Assembly: GCA_016782485.1 (NCBI GenBank)
Contig: JADHYK010000002.1
Span: forward strand, 1 to 46,696
Source: Candidatus Omnitrophota bacterium
GTDB lineage: Bacteria; Omnitrophota; Gorgyraeia; Gygaellales; Profunditerraquicolaceae
Reading direction: 5' to 3'
DNA: 46,696 bases
Shown: piece after piece, positions 1 to 7,985 of the stretch
Layout: every line of letters starts with the position of its first letter
Position numbering within the stretch: the stretch's first letter is position 1
Position numbers and translations under genes: made by a program
Notes under the pieces: generated by a model
The model's input: the letters and a program-made list of their open reading frames with translations, nothing else
What the model was told of the DNA's origin: nothing
Database searches by the model: none

Positions 1-98
1 CTCTGGTGCATCAGAAGGTTTCTGGCCATGCTCCTTAAGGTCGCCTTGCGCCAGCTGGTAAAACGGTTTAATCTAAACCTTGATTTTCGATGTCTCAT
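1..98 (-). CDS. rplQ: 50S ribosomal protein L17, N-terminal fragment (runs off window start)
   Basis: Own minus-strand translation from the ATG at 98 gives MRHRKSRFRLNRFTSWRKATLRSMARNLLMHQ, a typical L17 N-terminus. It starts 2 nt after the rpoA stop, as in alpha operons. Confidence 0.85.
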   Translation of the reverse strand, partial: MRHRKSRFRLNRFTSWRKATLRSMARNLLMHQ

Positions 99-99
99 G

Positions 100-1092
100 C
101 TAAGTTTTTTTCAGTTTCTTTGTATCCACCTGCATGCCTAAAGTCAACCCCATTACCAAAAGCAATTCTTTTATTTCATTTAAGGACTTCTTGCCGAAAT
201 TTTTAAAACCGAGCATCTCCTCTTCCGTCCTCTTAACCAGGTCTGCGATAATCTTAATTCCGGCCTCCCGGAGGCAATTGGAGCTTCTTACCGATAACTC
301 CAGTTCCGAAATAGGAAGCCTCAATTTCTCGTATACCGCCATTTCTTCTTTGGACATCTCCGGCTCATCTTCGGCGATATCCTCCGGCAACTGCCCGAAA
401 TTAACAAAAATATCCAGGTGCCTCTGTAATATATTGGAGGCATAAAGCAGCGCATCTTTCGGGGTTATTGCGCCGTTGGTGAATATCTCCATTATGAGCT
501 TGTCATAATCGGTCCTCTGGCCGACCCGGGTATTCTCAACGTAATAGTTTATTTTTTTAACCGGCGTGAAAATGGAGTCTATGGGGATTACGCCTACGGC
601 ATTATCCTCCCTTTTATTCATTTCGGCAGGCACATACCCCCTCCCCCTTGAAACCTCCATCTCGATATGGAATTTGGTGTCTTTGGTCAATGTGGCGATG
701 TGTAAATCCGGGTTAACTATCTCTATCGACTCATTGAGCTCTATGTCCTTGGCCTTCACCTCTCCCTTAGAGTTTTTCTTTATATATATCAACTTGGGAA
801 TCTTGGAGTGAGAATTCAATATCAGGCTTTTAATGTTCAAAATTATCTCGGGCACATCCTCAAACACCCCGCTTATCGTGGAAAATTCATGTTGAATACC
901 CGCTATTTTAATGGAAGTAACCGCACTCCCCTCTATAGAAGAAAGCAAAACTCTCCTGAGAGAATTTCCTAAAGTTACCCCGTAGCCCCTTTCAAAAGGA
1001 GCGGCAAAAAATTTGCCGTAAGTAGGCGTATAGCTAGACTCTTCACACTCCAATCTTTTTGGTAGCTGAAAATCTCTCCACTTTATACCCAT
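100..1092 (-). CDS. rpoA: DNA-directed RNA polymerase subunit alpha
   Basis: 330 aa ORF with a recognisable alpha NTD and CTD (ELSVRSSNCLREAGI). AAGGAGG lies 5 nt upstream of the ATG. It follows rpsD. Confidence 0.97.
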   Translation of the reverse strand: MGIKWRDFQLPKRLECEESSYTPTYGKFFAAPFERGYGVTLGNSLRRVLLSSIEGSAVTSIKIAGIQHEFSTISGVFEDVPEIILNIKSLILNSHSKIPKLIYIKKNSKGEVKAKDIELNESIEIVNPDLHIATLTKDTKFHIEMEVSRGRGYVPAEMNKREDNAVGVIPIDSIFTPVKKINYYVENTRVGQRTDYDKLIMEIFTNGAITPKDALLYASNILQRHLDIFVNFGQLPEDIAEDEPEMSKEEMAVYEKLRLPISELELSVRSSNCLREAGIKIIADLVKRTEEEMLGFKNFGKKSLNEIKELLLVMGLTLGMQVDTKKLKKT

Positions 1093-1104
1093 CTATTCCT
1101 CCTT

Positions 1105-1222
1105 AATGAACGCTTAACTTACGGAACGAGTGAAGCGAGTGAACGTAAGTTAATGCGTGAATTAATCCCGAAGCGTGCGCAGTAGATTTCGCAAGAAATC
1201 TACAAGCGTTTACGCGAGGGAC
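1105..1222 (-). repeat. Composite element E1 in the rpsD|rpoA spacer: PU-A variant (1165-1222, ATCCCGAAG..CGAGGGAC) plus hairpin H copy 1 (helix 1110-1158)
   Basis: Read directly from the sequence. Same architecture as 9456-9542, 15137-15278 and 27553-27664. Confidence 0.85.
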
Positions 1223-1228
1223 AACTGT

Positions 1229-1855
1229 CTATTTCGAATACAACTCGACTATCAACTGTTCCTGTATGGGCTGCCGAATATCTTCCTTCTCGGGCAGCCT
1301 TAACACCTTGGCGCTAAATGCCGCCGCATTAAACTCCAGCCACGAAGATACCGCCCTATCTTTTGAAACCTCCAGGTTTTCCTTAATTTTATTCAGCGCC
1401 TTCTCCTTGGCCTTCAACTGGATAAGGTCGTCTTTGTCAACCTGATAAGAGGGTATATTCACACGTTTTGAATTTATATAGATAAAATTATGGCGCACGA
1501 TCTGGCGTGCCTGCGCCCGCGAGAGCGCTAATCCCAGGCGGAATACTACGTTATCCAGCCTTCTTTCCAATTGTTGCAACAATATCTTTCCGGTAACACC
1601 TTTTGATTTGGCAGCAATATAAAAATAACGGCGGAACTGCCTCTCTAAAACCCCGTAAATCCTCTTTACCTTCTGCTTTGCCCGCAGCTGCAGGCCGTAA
1701 TTGGAAAATTTGGTCCTGGACTGGCCGTGCTGCCCCGGAGCATAGCTTCTCTTGGTTATCGGGCATTTCTCGGTGGAGCATTTTGTGCCCTTTAAAAATA
1801 ACTTTTCTCTTTCACGGCGGCACAATCTGCATACTGCATTTATATATCGAGCCAT
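1229..1855 (-). CDS. rpsD: 30S ribosomal protein S4
   Basis: 208 aa ORF starting MARY..CRLCRRE with an S4 RNA-binding domain. Conserved order rpsM-rpsK-rpsD-rpoA. Confidence 0.97.
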   Translation of the reverse strand: MARYINAVCRLCRREREKLFLKGTKCSTEKCPITKRSYAPGQHGQSRTKFSNYGLQLRAKQKVKRIYGVLERQFRRYFYIAAKSKGVTGKILLQQLERRLDNVVFRLGLALSRAQARQIVRHNFIYINSKRVNIPSYQVDKDDLIQLKAKEKALNKIKENLEVSKDRAVSSWLEFNAAAFSAKVLRLPEKEDIRQPIQEQLIVELYSK

Positions 1856-1858
1856 CTA

Positions 1859-2248
1859 TTACACTCTCCGTTTCTTCTTCGGCCGGCAGCCGTTATGCGG
1901 AATAGGAGTCACATCCTTGATTGAAGTTACTACCAACCCTGCTGCCTGTAGAGCCCTGATCGCCGACTCCCTGCCGAATCCCGGCCCCTTTACGCAGACC
2001 TCGATTTCTTTAAGGCCGATTTCTTTGGCCTTTCTGGCCGCATCTGTAGCTGCTATCTGAGCGGCAAAAGGCGTGGATTTTTTCGAACCGCTGTAACCTA
2101 CAATACCGGGGGCAGACCAGACCAGGACATTTCCCTGTTTATCGGTTATGGTAATTATGGTATTGTTAAAACTTGCCTGTATATGGGCTATCCCTGAAGT
2201 TATGCCTTTGGCTATTTTCTTCTTTTTTGCCCTATCTTTTGTTGCCAT
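1859..2248 (-). CDS. rpsK: 30S ribosomal protein S11
   Basis: 129 aa ORF with the [18 protein letters not shown] motif typical of S11. Confidence 0.97.
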   Translation of the reverse strand: MATKDRAKKKKIAKGITSGIAHIQASFNNTIITITDKQGNVLVWSAPGIVGYSGSKKSTPFAAQIAATDAARKAKEIGLKEIEVCVKGPGFGRESAIRALQAAGLVVTSIKDVTPIPHNGCRPKKKRRV

Positions 2249-2266
2249 TTTTTCCTCTCTTTTAAA

Positions 2267-2327
2267 GATCCTTCGCTCGCTTTCGCTCGCTCAGGATGAC
2301 GGGCCAGCAGGAATCTGCGGCCCGTCA
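2267..2327 (-). repeat. Composite element E2c in the rpsM|rpsK spacer: stop-codon hairpin PU-C (2297-2327) plus PU-A (2267-2297)
   Basis: The mRNA reads AAA TGACGGGCC-GCAGATTCCTGCT-GGCCCGTCA TCCTGAGCGAGCGAAAGCGAGCGAAGGATC. The 9+4 bp stem includes the rpsM TGA. Confidence 0.85.
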
Positions 2328-2756
2328 TTTTGCGGGTTTAGCCGCTGCGGTAACAGCAGGGGCCTTCTTTGCTACCGACACCTCTTTTTTAATAACCGCC
2401 ATTCCGCCTTTACGCGGGCCCTTTCTGGTCCTGGCGTTTGTGCGCGTACGCTGGCCCCTTACAGGAAGCCCTTTTTTATGCCGCAACCCTCTCCAGGAAC
2501 CAATCTCCATTAATCTTTTGATATTCTGGGAGATATCGCGGCGCAAATCACCCTCCAGCCTGAAACCGCCCTTCTGTATGGCGCTGGTGATTCTGGAGAC
2601 CTCCTCTTCGGTCAGCTCTTTTGCGCGCTTATCCGGGCTAATCTGGGCTATTTGGAGAATCTTATTGGAAACCACCCTTCCGACTCCATATAGATATGTC
2701 AAGGCGATTTCAATCCTTTTTTCCTTGGGTATATCTACACCTAATATTCTTGGCAT
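2325..2756 (-). CDS. rpsM: 30S ribosomal protein S13 (Ala/Lys-rich C-terminal tail)
   Basis: 143 aa ORF with [10 protein letters not shown], a typical S13 start. The TGA stop is embedded in a hairpin stem. Confidence 0.96.
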   Translation of the reverse strand: MPRILGVDIPKEKRIEIALTYLYGVGRVVSNKILQIAQISPDKRAKELTEEEVSRITSAIQKGGFRLEGDLRRDISQNIKRLMEIGSWRGLRHKKGLPVRGQRTRTNARTRKGPRKGGMAVIKKEVSVAKKAPAVTAAAKPAK

Positions 2757-2768
2757 ATTTTTTGGCTC

Positions 2769-2882
2769 CTATCCCTGTCTCTGCTTATGCTTAGGGTTTG
2801 AGCAGATTACCCGCACTACCCCGCGCCTCTTAACAATCTTGCACTTATCGCAAATTTTTCTTACCGACGCTTTTACTTTCAC
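2769..2882 (-). CDS. rpmJ: 50S ribosomal protein L36 (zinc-ribbon form)
   Basis: Not in the ORF track (37 aa). Own translation from GTG gives [37 protein letters not shown], a near-consensus L36. It sits between infA and rpsM as usual. Confidence 0.9.
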   Translation of the reverse strand: MKVKASVRKICDKCKIVKRRGVVRVICSNPKHKQRQG

Positions 2883-2931
2883 CCCGCCCTTCCTTCCCTA
2901 AACCCCGCTCTTATTTAGAAAGGGCGGGGTT
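2881..2931 (-). promoter_or_regulatory. Alternative-pairing RNA structure over the rpmJ SD and GTG start
   Basis: 2921-2930 (plus agggcggggt) is perfectly complementary to 2881-2890 (accccgccct, which covers the rpmJ start and SD flank). It also pairs locally with 2901-2910 (hairpin 2901-2931). Confidence 0.5.
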
Positions 2932-2936
2932 CATAT

Positions 2937-3152
2937 TTATTTAATCCTGAATGTAATCCTTCCCCTTGTCAAATCGTAAGGGGAAAGCTCCAACTTAACC
3001 CTGTCCCCCGGCAATATCCTGATGAAATTCATGCGCATTTTTCCTGAGACGTGTGCCAGAACAACATGGCCGTTTTCCAGCCCTACCTTAAACATAGCGT
3101 TGGGCAGGGTCTCTATAATCTTGCCTTCGGTCTCAATCAGCTCTTCTTTCAT
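2937..3152 (-). CDS. infA: Translation initiation factor IF-1
   Basis: 71 aa ORF with an S1-like fold sequence [16 protein letters not shown]. Confidence 0.96.
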   Translation of the reverse strand: MKEELIETEGKIIETLPNAMFKVGLENGHVVLAHVSGKMRMNFIRILPGDRVKLELSPYDLTRGRITFRIK

Positions 3153-3892
3153 GCCGTCAATATCTCCGGTCCGGTTTCAGTTATTGCCACAGTATGCTCA
3201 AAGTGCGCCGAAGGAAGGCCGTCTTTTGTAACCGCAGTCCAGCCGTTTTCCAAAATTTGCGACTCCCATCCCCCCATATTTACCATCGGCTCTATTGCCA
3301 GGACCATCCCGTTTTTTAAAACCGGTCCCTGATGCGGCCTGCCGAAATTAGGGACTTCGGGCTCTTCGTGCAATTGCGAGCCTATACCGTGTCCTACAAA
3401 CTGCCTGACTACAGAAAAGCCGTTCTTCTCAACATATTCCTGAACAGCATAAGAAATATCCGAAAGCTGATTCTGGACATGCGCCTTCTTAATCCCCTCG
3501 GAGAGCGCACGCCTGGTAACGTCAATCAGCCTTTTTGCCTGCGCAGATACTTCTCCTACCGGTAAAGTTACGGCTGCGTCGGAAAAATAACCTTCGTACT
3601 GTATCCCCATGTCAAGGCTGATGATATCGCCGTCTTTAAGTTTGCGCTCACCCGGTATCCCGTGAACAATCTCTTCGTTTATCGATGTGCATACGGTCGC
3701 CGGATACCCCCGGTAGCCTTTAAAGGCACTAACGGCATTCTCTTTGCGCAGTAAATCTTGCGCATAACGATCGACCTCAATGGTGGATGTGCCCAAAGTG
3801 ATAATCTTCTTTAGCTCCTTTATAATCCCGGCAAGAATTCTGCCTGCTTTTCTCATAGTATCTAACTCTGCTTTACTCTTTAAAAGGATCAT
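3149..3892 (-). CDS. map: Methionine aminopeptidase type I
   Basis: The ORF carries MetAP metal-ligand motifs. I prefer the ATG at 3892 ([10 protein letters not shown]) over the TTG at 3910 used by the ORF track. ATGA overlap with infA. Confidence 0.9.
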   Translation of the reverse strand: MILLKSKAELDTMRKAGRILAGIIKELKKIITLGTSTIEVDRYAQDLLRKENAVSAFKGYRGYPATVCTSINEEIVHGIPGERKLKDGDIISLDMGIQYEGYFSDAAVTLPVGEVSAQAKRLIDVTRRALSEGIKKAHVQNQLSDISYAVQEYVEKNGFSVVRQFVGHGIGSQLHEEPEVPNFGRPHQGPVLKNGMVLAIEPMVNMGGWESQILENGWTAVTKDGLPSAHFEHTVAITETGPEILTA

Positions 3893-4541
3893 CCTGTATC
3901 CCTGCGGCAAGCCCGATGATACTTTTTAGGACAACTTCCGCATCTTCGTCTGCGGATAAACGATGGAGCTTTTGCATCTCTTGGTAATACTGAATCAGCG
4001 AAGCGGTTTCCTTTCTGTAAACCTCAAGGCGCTTTCTTACCGTCTCTTCTTTATCGTCACTGCGCTGATAAAGCCTGTCCCCGCAATAATCGCATACCGC
4101 GTCTCGTTTCGGAGGCATGTTCTTAATATGGAAGTTTGCGCCGCACTTACTGCAGACTAAACGGCCGGTAAGCCGCTGGATAATCACCGGCTCACTCGTA
4201 TCCAGATAAACCACCAAATCAACACCCATGTTCTTTTTTTGGAGGATGCCGTCAAGGGTCTTAGCCTGTACCAGATTGCGCGGGTAACCGTCAAGGATAA
4301 AACCTTCTTTTATGTCCGGCTGTTCGAATCTGTGCATCAACATCTTAGCTACCAATTCATCGGGAACCAGGTCTCCGCGGTCCATAAAGGCCCTGGCCTG
4401 CAGGCCAAGAGCAGTTGCCTCTTTAACGTTCTGCCTCAATATATCGCCAGTCGATATGTGCGGTAAGTTTAATTTCTCTGCCAGTATCTTTGCCTGTGTC
4501 CCCTTACCCGCTCCCGGCGGACCCAATAATATGATTCTCAT
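3873..4541 (-). CDS. adk: Adenylate kinase (zinc-lid type)
   Basis: 222 aa ORF with P-loop GPPGAGKGT and lid cysteines CSKC..CDYC. Confidence 0.96.
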   Translation of the reverse strand: MRIILLGPPGAGKGTQAKILAEKLNLPHISTGDILRQNVKEATALGLQARAFMDRGDLVPDELVAKMLMHRFEQPDIKEGFILDGYPRNLVQAKTLDGILQKKNMGVDLVVYLDTSEPVIIQRLTGRLVCSKCGANFHIKNMPPKRDAVCDYCGDRLYQRSDDKEETVRKRLEVYRKETASLIQYYQEMQKLHRLSADEDAEVVLKSIIGLAAGIQDDPFKE

Positions 4542-5884
4542 CGTCTTCCCCGGATACGCCCGGACTTAATAAAACCTTCGTAGTGGTGCGTCAAAAGATG
4601 CGACTCGATCTGCTTCAATGTATCAAGCATAACGCCCACCACGATCAGAATGCCGGTGCCCCCGAAAAAGGAAGCAACCAGGTATGGTATATTAAGCCAG
4701 GCCATCAGAAAATCGGGAAAAATGGCGATAAAAGCTATGAACAGCGCCCCGGCCAACGTAATCCTGGTCATTACATAGTCCAGGAATTCCGCCGTAGGTA
4801 CACCCGGGCGGATACCGGGGATAAAACCCCCGTATTTCTTCATATTTTCAGAAAGGTCGTTAGGATTAAAGACTATCGCGGTATAAAAATAGCAAAAGAA
4901 GGTGATCAGCAGCGCATAAACCGCCGTATAAAGTAAATGCCCTCTGACCAGGCTACTGGCTAACCTTTGAAAAGCAGGATTGGGAATAAAGGAAGCTAGG
5001 GTTGCAGGAAAAAGAATTATCGACTGCGCAAAGATGATTGCGATTACCCCCGAAGTATCCACTTTCAGGGGTATATAGGTAGATTGCCCCCCGTAAATCT
5101 TTCTGCCTACGATCCGGCGCGCGTACTGCACGGGAATCTTTCTCTGCCCCTGCGTTATAAGAATAACGGCAAATACCACCCCGATTAACAGGGCTGCCAT
5201 AATCGGTAGTTTCCAGAATTCAATACTCCCGGACTGGCCCGTTGAAGCAAACATTAGAATAGTCAGCTGATGAATGGCGGCGGGTATCCGCGATATGATA
5301 CCGGCGGTAATCACCAGCGATATGCCGTTACCGATACCCCTTTCCTGTATCTGTTCGCCCAGCCACATAATGAATATCGTCCCGGTAGTCAGAGTCAGCA
5401 CCGTGATCAACCTGAAACCCCATCCCGGATTCATTACTATCCTCAGGCCTTCGAATCGCGCCGGGTTTTCCAGCCAAAGCGCTATAAAAAACGACTGAAT
5501 CACCGCTAAAGCAACTGTACCATAGCGCGTATATTGATTTATCTTCTCGTAGCCGACCTTACCCTCCTTGGCCAGCTTTTCCAAGGCGGGTATAACTGCG
5601 GTCAAAAGCTGCATTATAATCGAGGAGGAAATATAGGGCATTATCCCTAAAGCAAAGATGGTAAGCCGCTCCATCGCGCCTCCGGAAAACATATTAATGA
5701 TCCCGAAGATTGTCCCTCCCTGCGTCTTAGCTATGCGGGCAAAAAACTCCGCCAGTGCCGCGGCATTAATGCCCGGCGTAGGGACATAACAACCAGTACG
5801 ATATATGGCAATAAGCGCGCCGGTTATAATAAGGCGCCTCTTTAAATCGGGGATTTTAAATGAATTAAGCAGCGCGCTAAGCAT
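4538..5884 (-). CDS. secY: Preprotein translocase subunit SecY
   Basis: 448 aa multi-pass membrane ORF in the canonical position after rplO. Confidence 0.96.
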   Translation of the reverse strand: MLSALLNSFKIPDLKRRLIITGALIAIYRTGCYVPTPGINAAALAEFFARIAKTQGGTIFGIINMFSGGAMERLTIFALGIMPYISSSIIMQLLTAVIPALEKLAKEGKVGYEKINQYTRYGTVALAVIQSFFIALWLENPARFEGLRIVMNPGWGFRLITVLTLTTGTIFIMWLGEQIQERGIGNGISLVITAGIISRIPAAIHQLTILMFASTGQSGSIEFWKLPIMAALLIGVVFAVILITQGQRKIPVQYARRIVGRKIYGGQSTYIPLKVDTSGVIAIIFAQSIILFPATLASFIPNPAFQRLASSLVRGHLLYTAVYALLITFFCYFYTAIVFNPNDLSENMKKYGGFIPGIRPGVPTAEFLDYVMTRITLAGALFIAFIAIFPDFLMAWLNIPYLVASFFGGTGILIVVGVMLDTLKQIESHLLTHHYEGFIKSGRIRGRR

Positions 5885-6446
5885 TCAATACCTCAATTTT
5901 TCCGCCCGTGCCTTTAATCTGCTCTGCGGCTCTGCGCGAAAACGCATGCGCCTGCACGGTAAGCGGATTCTTTATCTGGCCATCGCCTAGAATCTTTACT
6001 AATTTGTCCTTATCGCCGATAAGATTATTCTCCTTGAGCACATGAGGGTTTATGAGCGTTTCTTTTATCCTCGATAAGTCCTTCAGGTTTACAATCTGAA
6101 ATTGCCTTTTGCTTCTGGAGGTAAAACCCCTTTTCGGTATCCTGCGGATTAAGGGGGTCTGGCCGCCTTCAAAACCCGGATAAAAATCCCGGCCGGCACG
6201 GGAGGTCTGGCCCTTGCTGCCCCTGGTAGAGGTCTTGCCGTGCCCGGAACTGGGGCCGCGGCCTAAAATTCTTTTGCCCTTGTTTGCTCCGCGGACAGCA
6301 GGCAAATTATGTATACCCAGCCATTTAAGCGAAACCGCAACCTCTTTTTTCTTTTTTGCAGGCGCTTTTCTTTGAACTGCCGGCTTTGGCCCGGCTTTAA
6401 CTTCGTCTTTTTTTCTTATTTCTGGAATTTTTTTCTTCATCTTCAA
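5877..6446 (-). CDS. rplO: 50S ribosomal protein L15 with a Lys/Pro/Ala-rich N-terminal extension of about 40 aa
   Basis: 189 aa ORF. The L15 core starts near [27 protein letters not shown] found no in-frame ATG/GTG/TTG nearer the core. ATGA overlap with rpsE. Confidence 0.9.
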   Translation of the reverse strand: MKMKKKIPEIRKKDEVKAGPKPAVQRKAPAKKKKEVAVSLKWLGIHNLPAVRGANKGKRILGRGPSSGHGKTSTRGSKGQTSRAGRDFYPGFEGGQTPLIRRIPKRGFTSRSKRQFQIVNLKDLSRIKETLINPHVLKENNLIGDKDKLVKILGDGQIKNPLTVQAHAFSRRAAEQIKGTGGKIEVLNA

Positions 6447-6895
6447 ACCTTCAGGTTCTTAAGGCCCTGCGCCGTAGCCTTAATAACATTAACCGGATTA
6501 TTGCTGGTAAGGCACTTGGTTAAAATATCTTTTATGCCCGCTGCTTCGCAAACTGCCCTTACCGGGCCTGCGGCGATTACACCGGTACCCTCCGAAGCAG
6601 GCTTCAATAAAACGCGTGCGGCACCGAATTCACCGACAATTTCATGAGGTATAGTGGAGCCCTCCATGGGGACCTGAAAAAGGCTCTTCTTTGCCTTAGT
6701 AAGCGCCTTACGTATGGCACTGGCAACTTCATTTGCCTTTTCCAGGGCAAAACCAACCCTTCCCCTGGTGTCGCCGACCACAACCAGAGCGCTAAAATGT
6801 AGTTTCTTACCGCCTTTGGTAACCTTTGTTACGCGATTTATGGTAATTACCCGTTCTATTAATTCCGGACCCTGTTCGATATTTACTTCACGCAT
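6443..6895 (-). CDS. rpsE: 30S ribosomal protein S5
   Basis: 150 aa ORF with motif [24 protein letters not shown]. Confidence 0.96.
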   Translation of the reverse strand: MREVNIEQGPELIERVITINRVTKVTKGGKKLHFSALVVVGDTRGRVGFALEKANEVASAIRKALTKAKKSLFQVPMEGSTIPHEIVGEFGAARVLLKPASEGTGVIAAGPVRAVCEAAGIKDILTKCLTSNNPVNVIKATAQGLKNLKV

Positions 6896-6898
6896 CTT

Positions 6899-7258
6899 TT
6901 AAAACTCCAATCCGCCTTTTCGCAGGGCCTCGGCAAAGATCTTAACCTTGCCGTGATATAAATAGCCTGCGCGGTCAAATATTATTTTTGTAATCCCTTT
7001 TTCCTTTGCCTTCTGGGCAAAGAGTTGTCCGAAAATTTCCGCTGCCTTGGTATTGACTGCAGCGGGTATTTTCTGCCTGACTTCTTTATTTGTGGTGGAA
7101 TAAGAGAACAGCGTTTTGTTGGCGGTATCATCGATGACCTGGGCGCTAAGATTCTTAAGGCTACGCTGGACTACCAGCCTGGGACGCTGGGTGGTTCCGC
7201 AGATCCTTAATCTTATGCGACGGTGGCGTTTTAATCTTAAGGCTTTTCTCTTGTTCAT
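6899..7258 (-). CDS. rplR: 50S ribosomal protein L18
   Basis: 119 aa ORF in the conserved spc-operon position, with [26 protein letters not shown] at the C-terminus. Confidence 0.96.
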   Translation of the reverse strand: MNKRKALRLKRHRRIRLRICGTTQRPRLVVQRSLKNLSAQVIDDTANKTLFSYSTTNKEVRQKIPAAVNTKAAEIFGQLFAQKAKEKGITKIIFDRAGYLYHGKVKIFAEALRKGGLEF

Positions 7259-7260
7259 AA

Positions 7261-7806
7261 TTATTTGGTGGTAGCCTGGGATTTACCGACCTTTTTCTTT
7301 ATATATTCTCCTGCAAAGCGTATCCCCTTGCCCTTATACGGTTCCGGCGGGAAAATCATGCGTATCTCCATAGCTACCTCGCCTACCTGCTCCTTATCAA
7401 TCCCGCTTACCATAATCTGATTAGGCTTTGGGGTTTCTATCTTTATACCTTCGGGTATGGGAAAATTCACCGGATGTGAAAACCCGAGCTGCATATTCAG
7501 GACCTTTCCCCGCACCTCGGCCTTAAACCCCACCCCCACTATCTCCAACTGCTTGGAATACCCTTCGGTAACGCCTTTAACCATATTAAAGATAAGGGCG
7601 CGAAAAAGCCCGTGCAGCGATTTATCTATCTTTGTATCGCTTAAACGCCCAAGAATAACCTGACCATCCTTTATCTGGAGGCTGATCCTGTCGGATAAAC
7701 TACGGCTCAAGTTTCCCTTCGGACCCTCTACAAATACCGTACCGTCCCTGACCTCTACTTTAACTGCCTGGGGTAAACTTATGGGTTTTTTTCCTATTCG
7801 TGACAT
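7261..7806 (-). CDS. rplF: 50S ribosomal protein L6
   Basis: 181 aa ORF starting MSRIGKKPI. No SD is visible. Hairpin H ends 9 nt upstream of the ATG. Confidence 0.96.
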   Translation of the reverse strand: MSRIGKKPISLPQAVKVEVRDGTVFVEGPKGNLSRSLSDRISLQIKDGQVILGRLSDTKIDKSLHGLFRALIFNMVKGVTEGYSKQLEIVGVGFKAEVRGKVLNMQLGFSHPVNFPIPEGIKIETPKPNQIMVSGIDKEQVGEVAMEIRMIFPPEPYKGKGIRFAGEYIKKKVGKSQATTK

Positions 7807-7810
7807 AATT

Positions 7811-7864
7811 AATGAGCACTTAATTTACGAACACGATAGTGTGAGTAAGTTAATGTGCGAATTA
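7811..7864 (-). repeat. Hairpin H copy 2 (helix 7816-7859), directly upstream of rplF
   Basis: Plus strand gcacttaatttac..gtaagttaatgtgc with the conserved apical gaacacgatagtgtga. Confidence 0.85.
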
Positions 7865-7865
7865 A

Positions 7866-7929
7866 CCCCGCACCTTTTTATTATTCAAAAGTACTTATAA
7901 AAACGTCTTGAATAGTAAAAGGTGCGGGG
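7866..7929. repeat. Single-copy long inverted repeat (13 + 7 bp stem) in the rpsH|rplF spacer
   Basis: ccccgcacctttt..tattcaa / ttgaata..aaaaggtgcgggg. The apical loop contains the palindrome aagtactt. Confidence 0.8.
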
Positions 7930-7985
7930 TAAGTTCGGCCAGACGACTTATGTTCACTTCGTTCCATAAGTCGTGGCCTCACTTA
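7930..7985 (-). repeat. PU-B copy 1 (TAAGTGAGG..CCGAACTTA unit); its first 3 nt are the rpsH TAA stop
   Basis: The mRNA reads TAAGTGAGGCCACGACTTATGGAACGAAGTGAACATAAGTCGTCTGGCCGAACTTA. Confidence 0.85.

Noticed and set aside
2297-2327. UGA-plus-hairpin as SECIS elements (selenocysteine recoding) at the rpsM, rplP and rpsL stops
   Set aside because: The proteins end at their normal C-termini. The UGA lies inside the stem rather than upstream of it. Downstream frames do not continue into conserved sequence, and no selenoprotein context is present.
3893-3910. Longer starts offered by the track for map (TTG 3910), rsmA (31845), pdxA (32768) and hup (GTG 39888)
   Set aside because: Internal ATGs (3892, 31803, 32741, 39882) give canonical N-termini, smaller overlaps with upstream genes and better SD spacing. 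The longer forms cannot be fully excluded.
6330-6446. The L15 N-terminal extension as a fused or degenerate L30
   Set aside because: The Lys/Pro/Ala-rich sequence shows no resemblance to L30 as I recall it. It looks like a disordered basic tail.
7866-7929. Intergenic hairpins (7866-7929, 2901-2931, 40167-40193, PU-A/B/C) as Rho-independent terminators
   Set aside because: None is followed by a U-rich tract on the mRNA strand, and each sits between genes that must be co-expressed. At most they are attenuators or RNA-stability elements.
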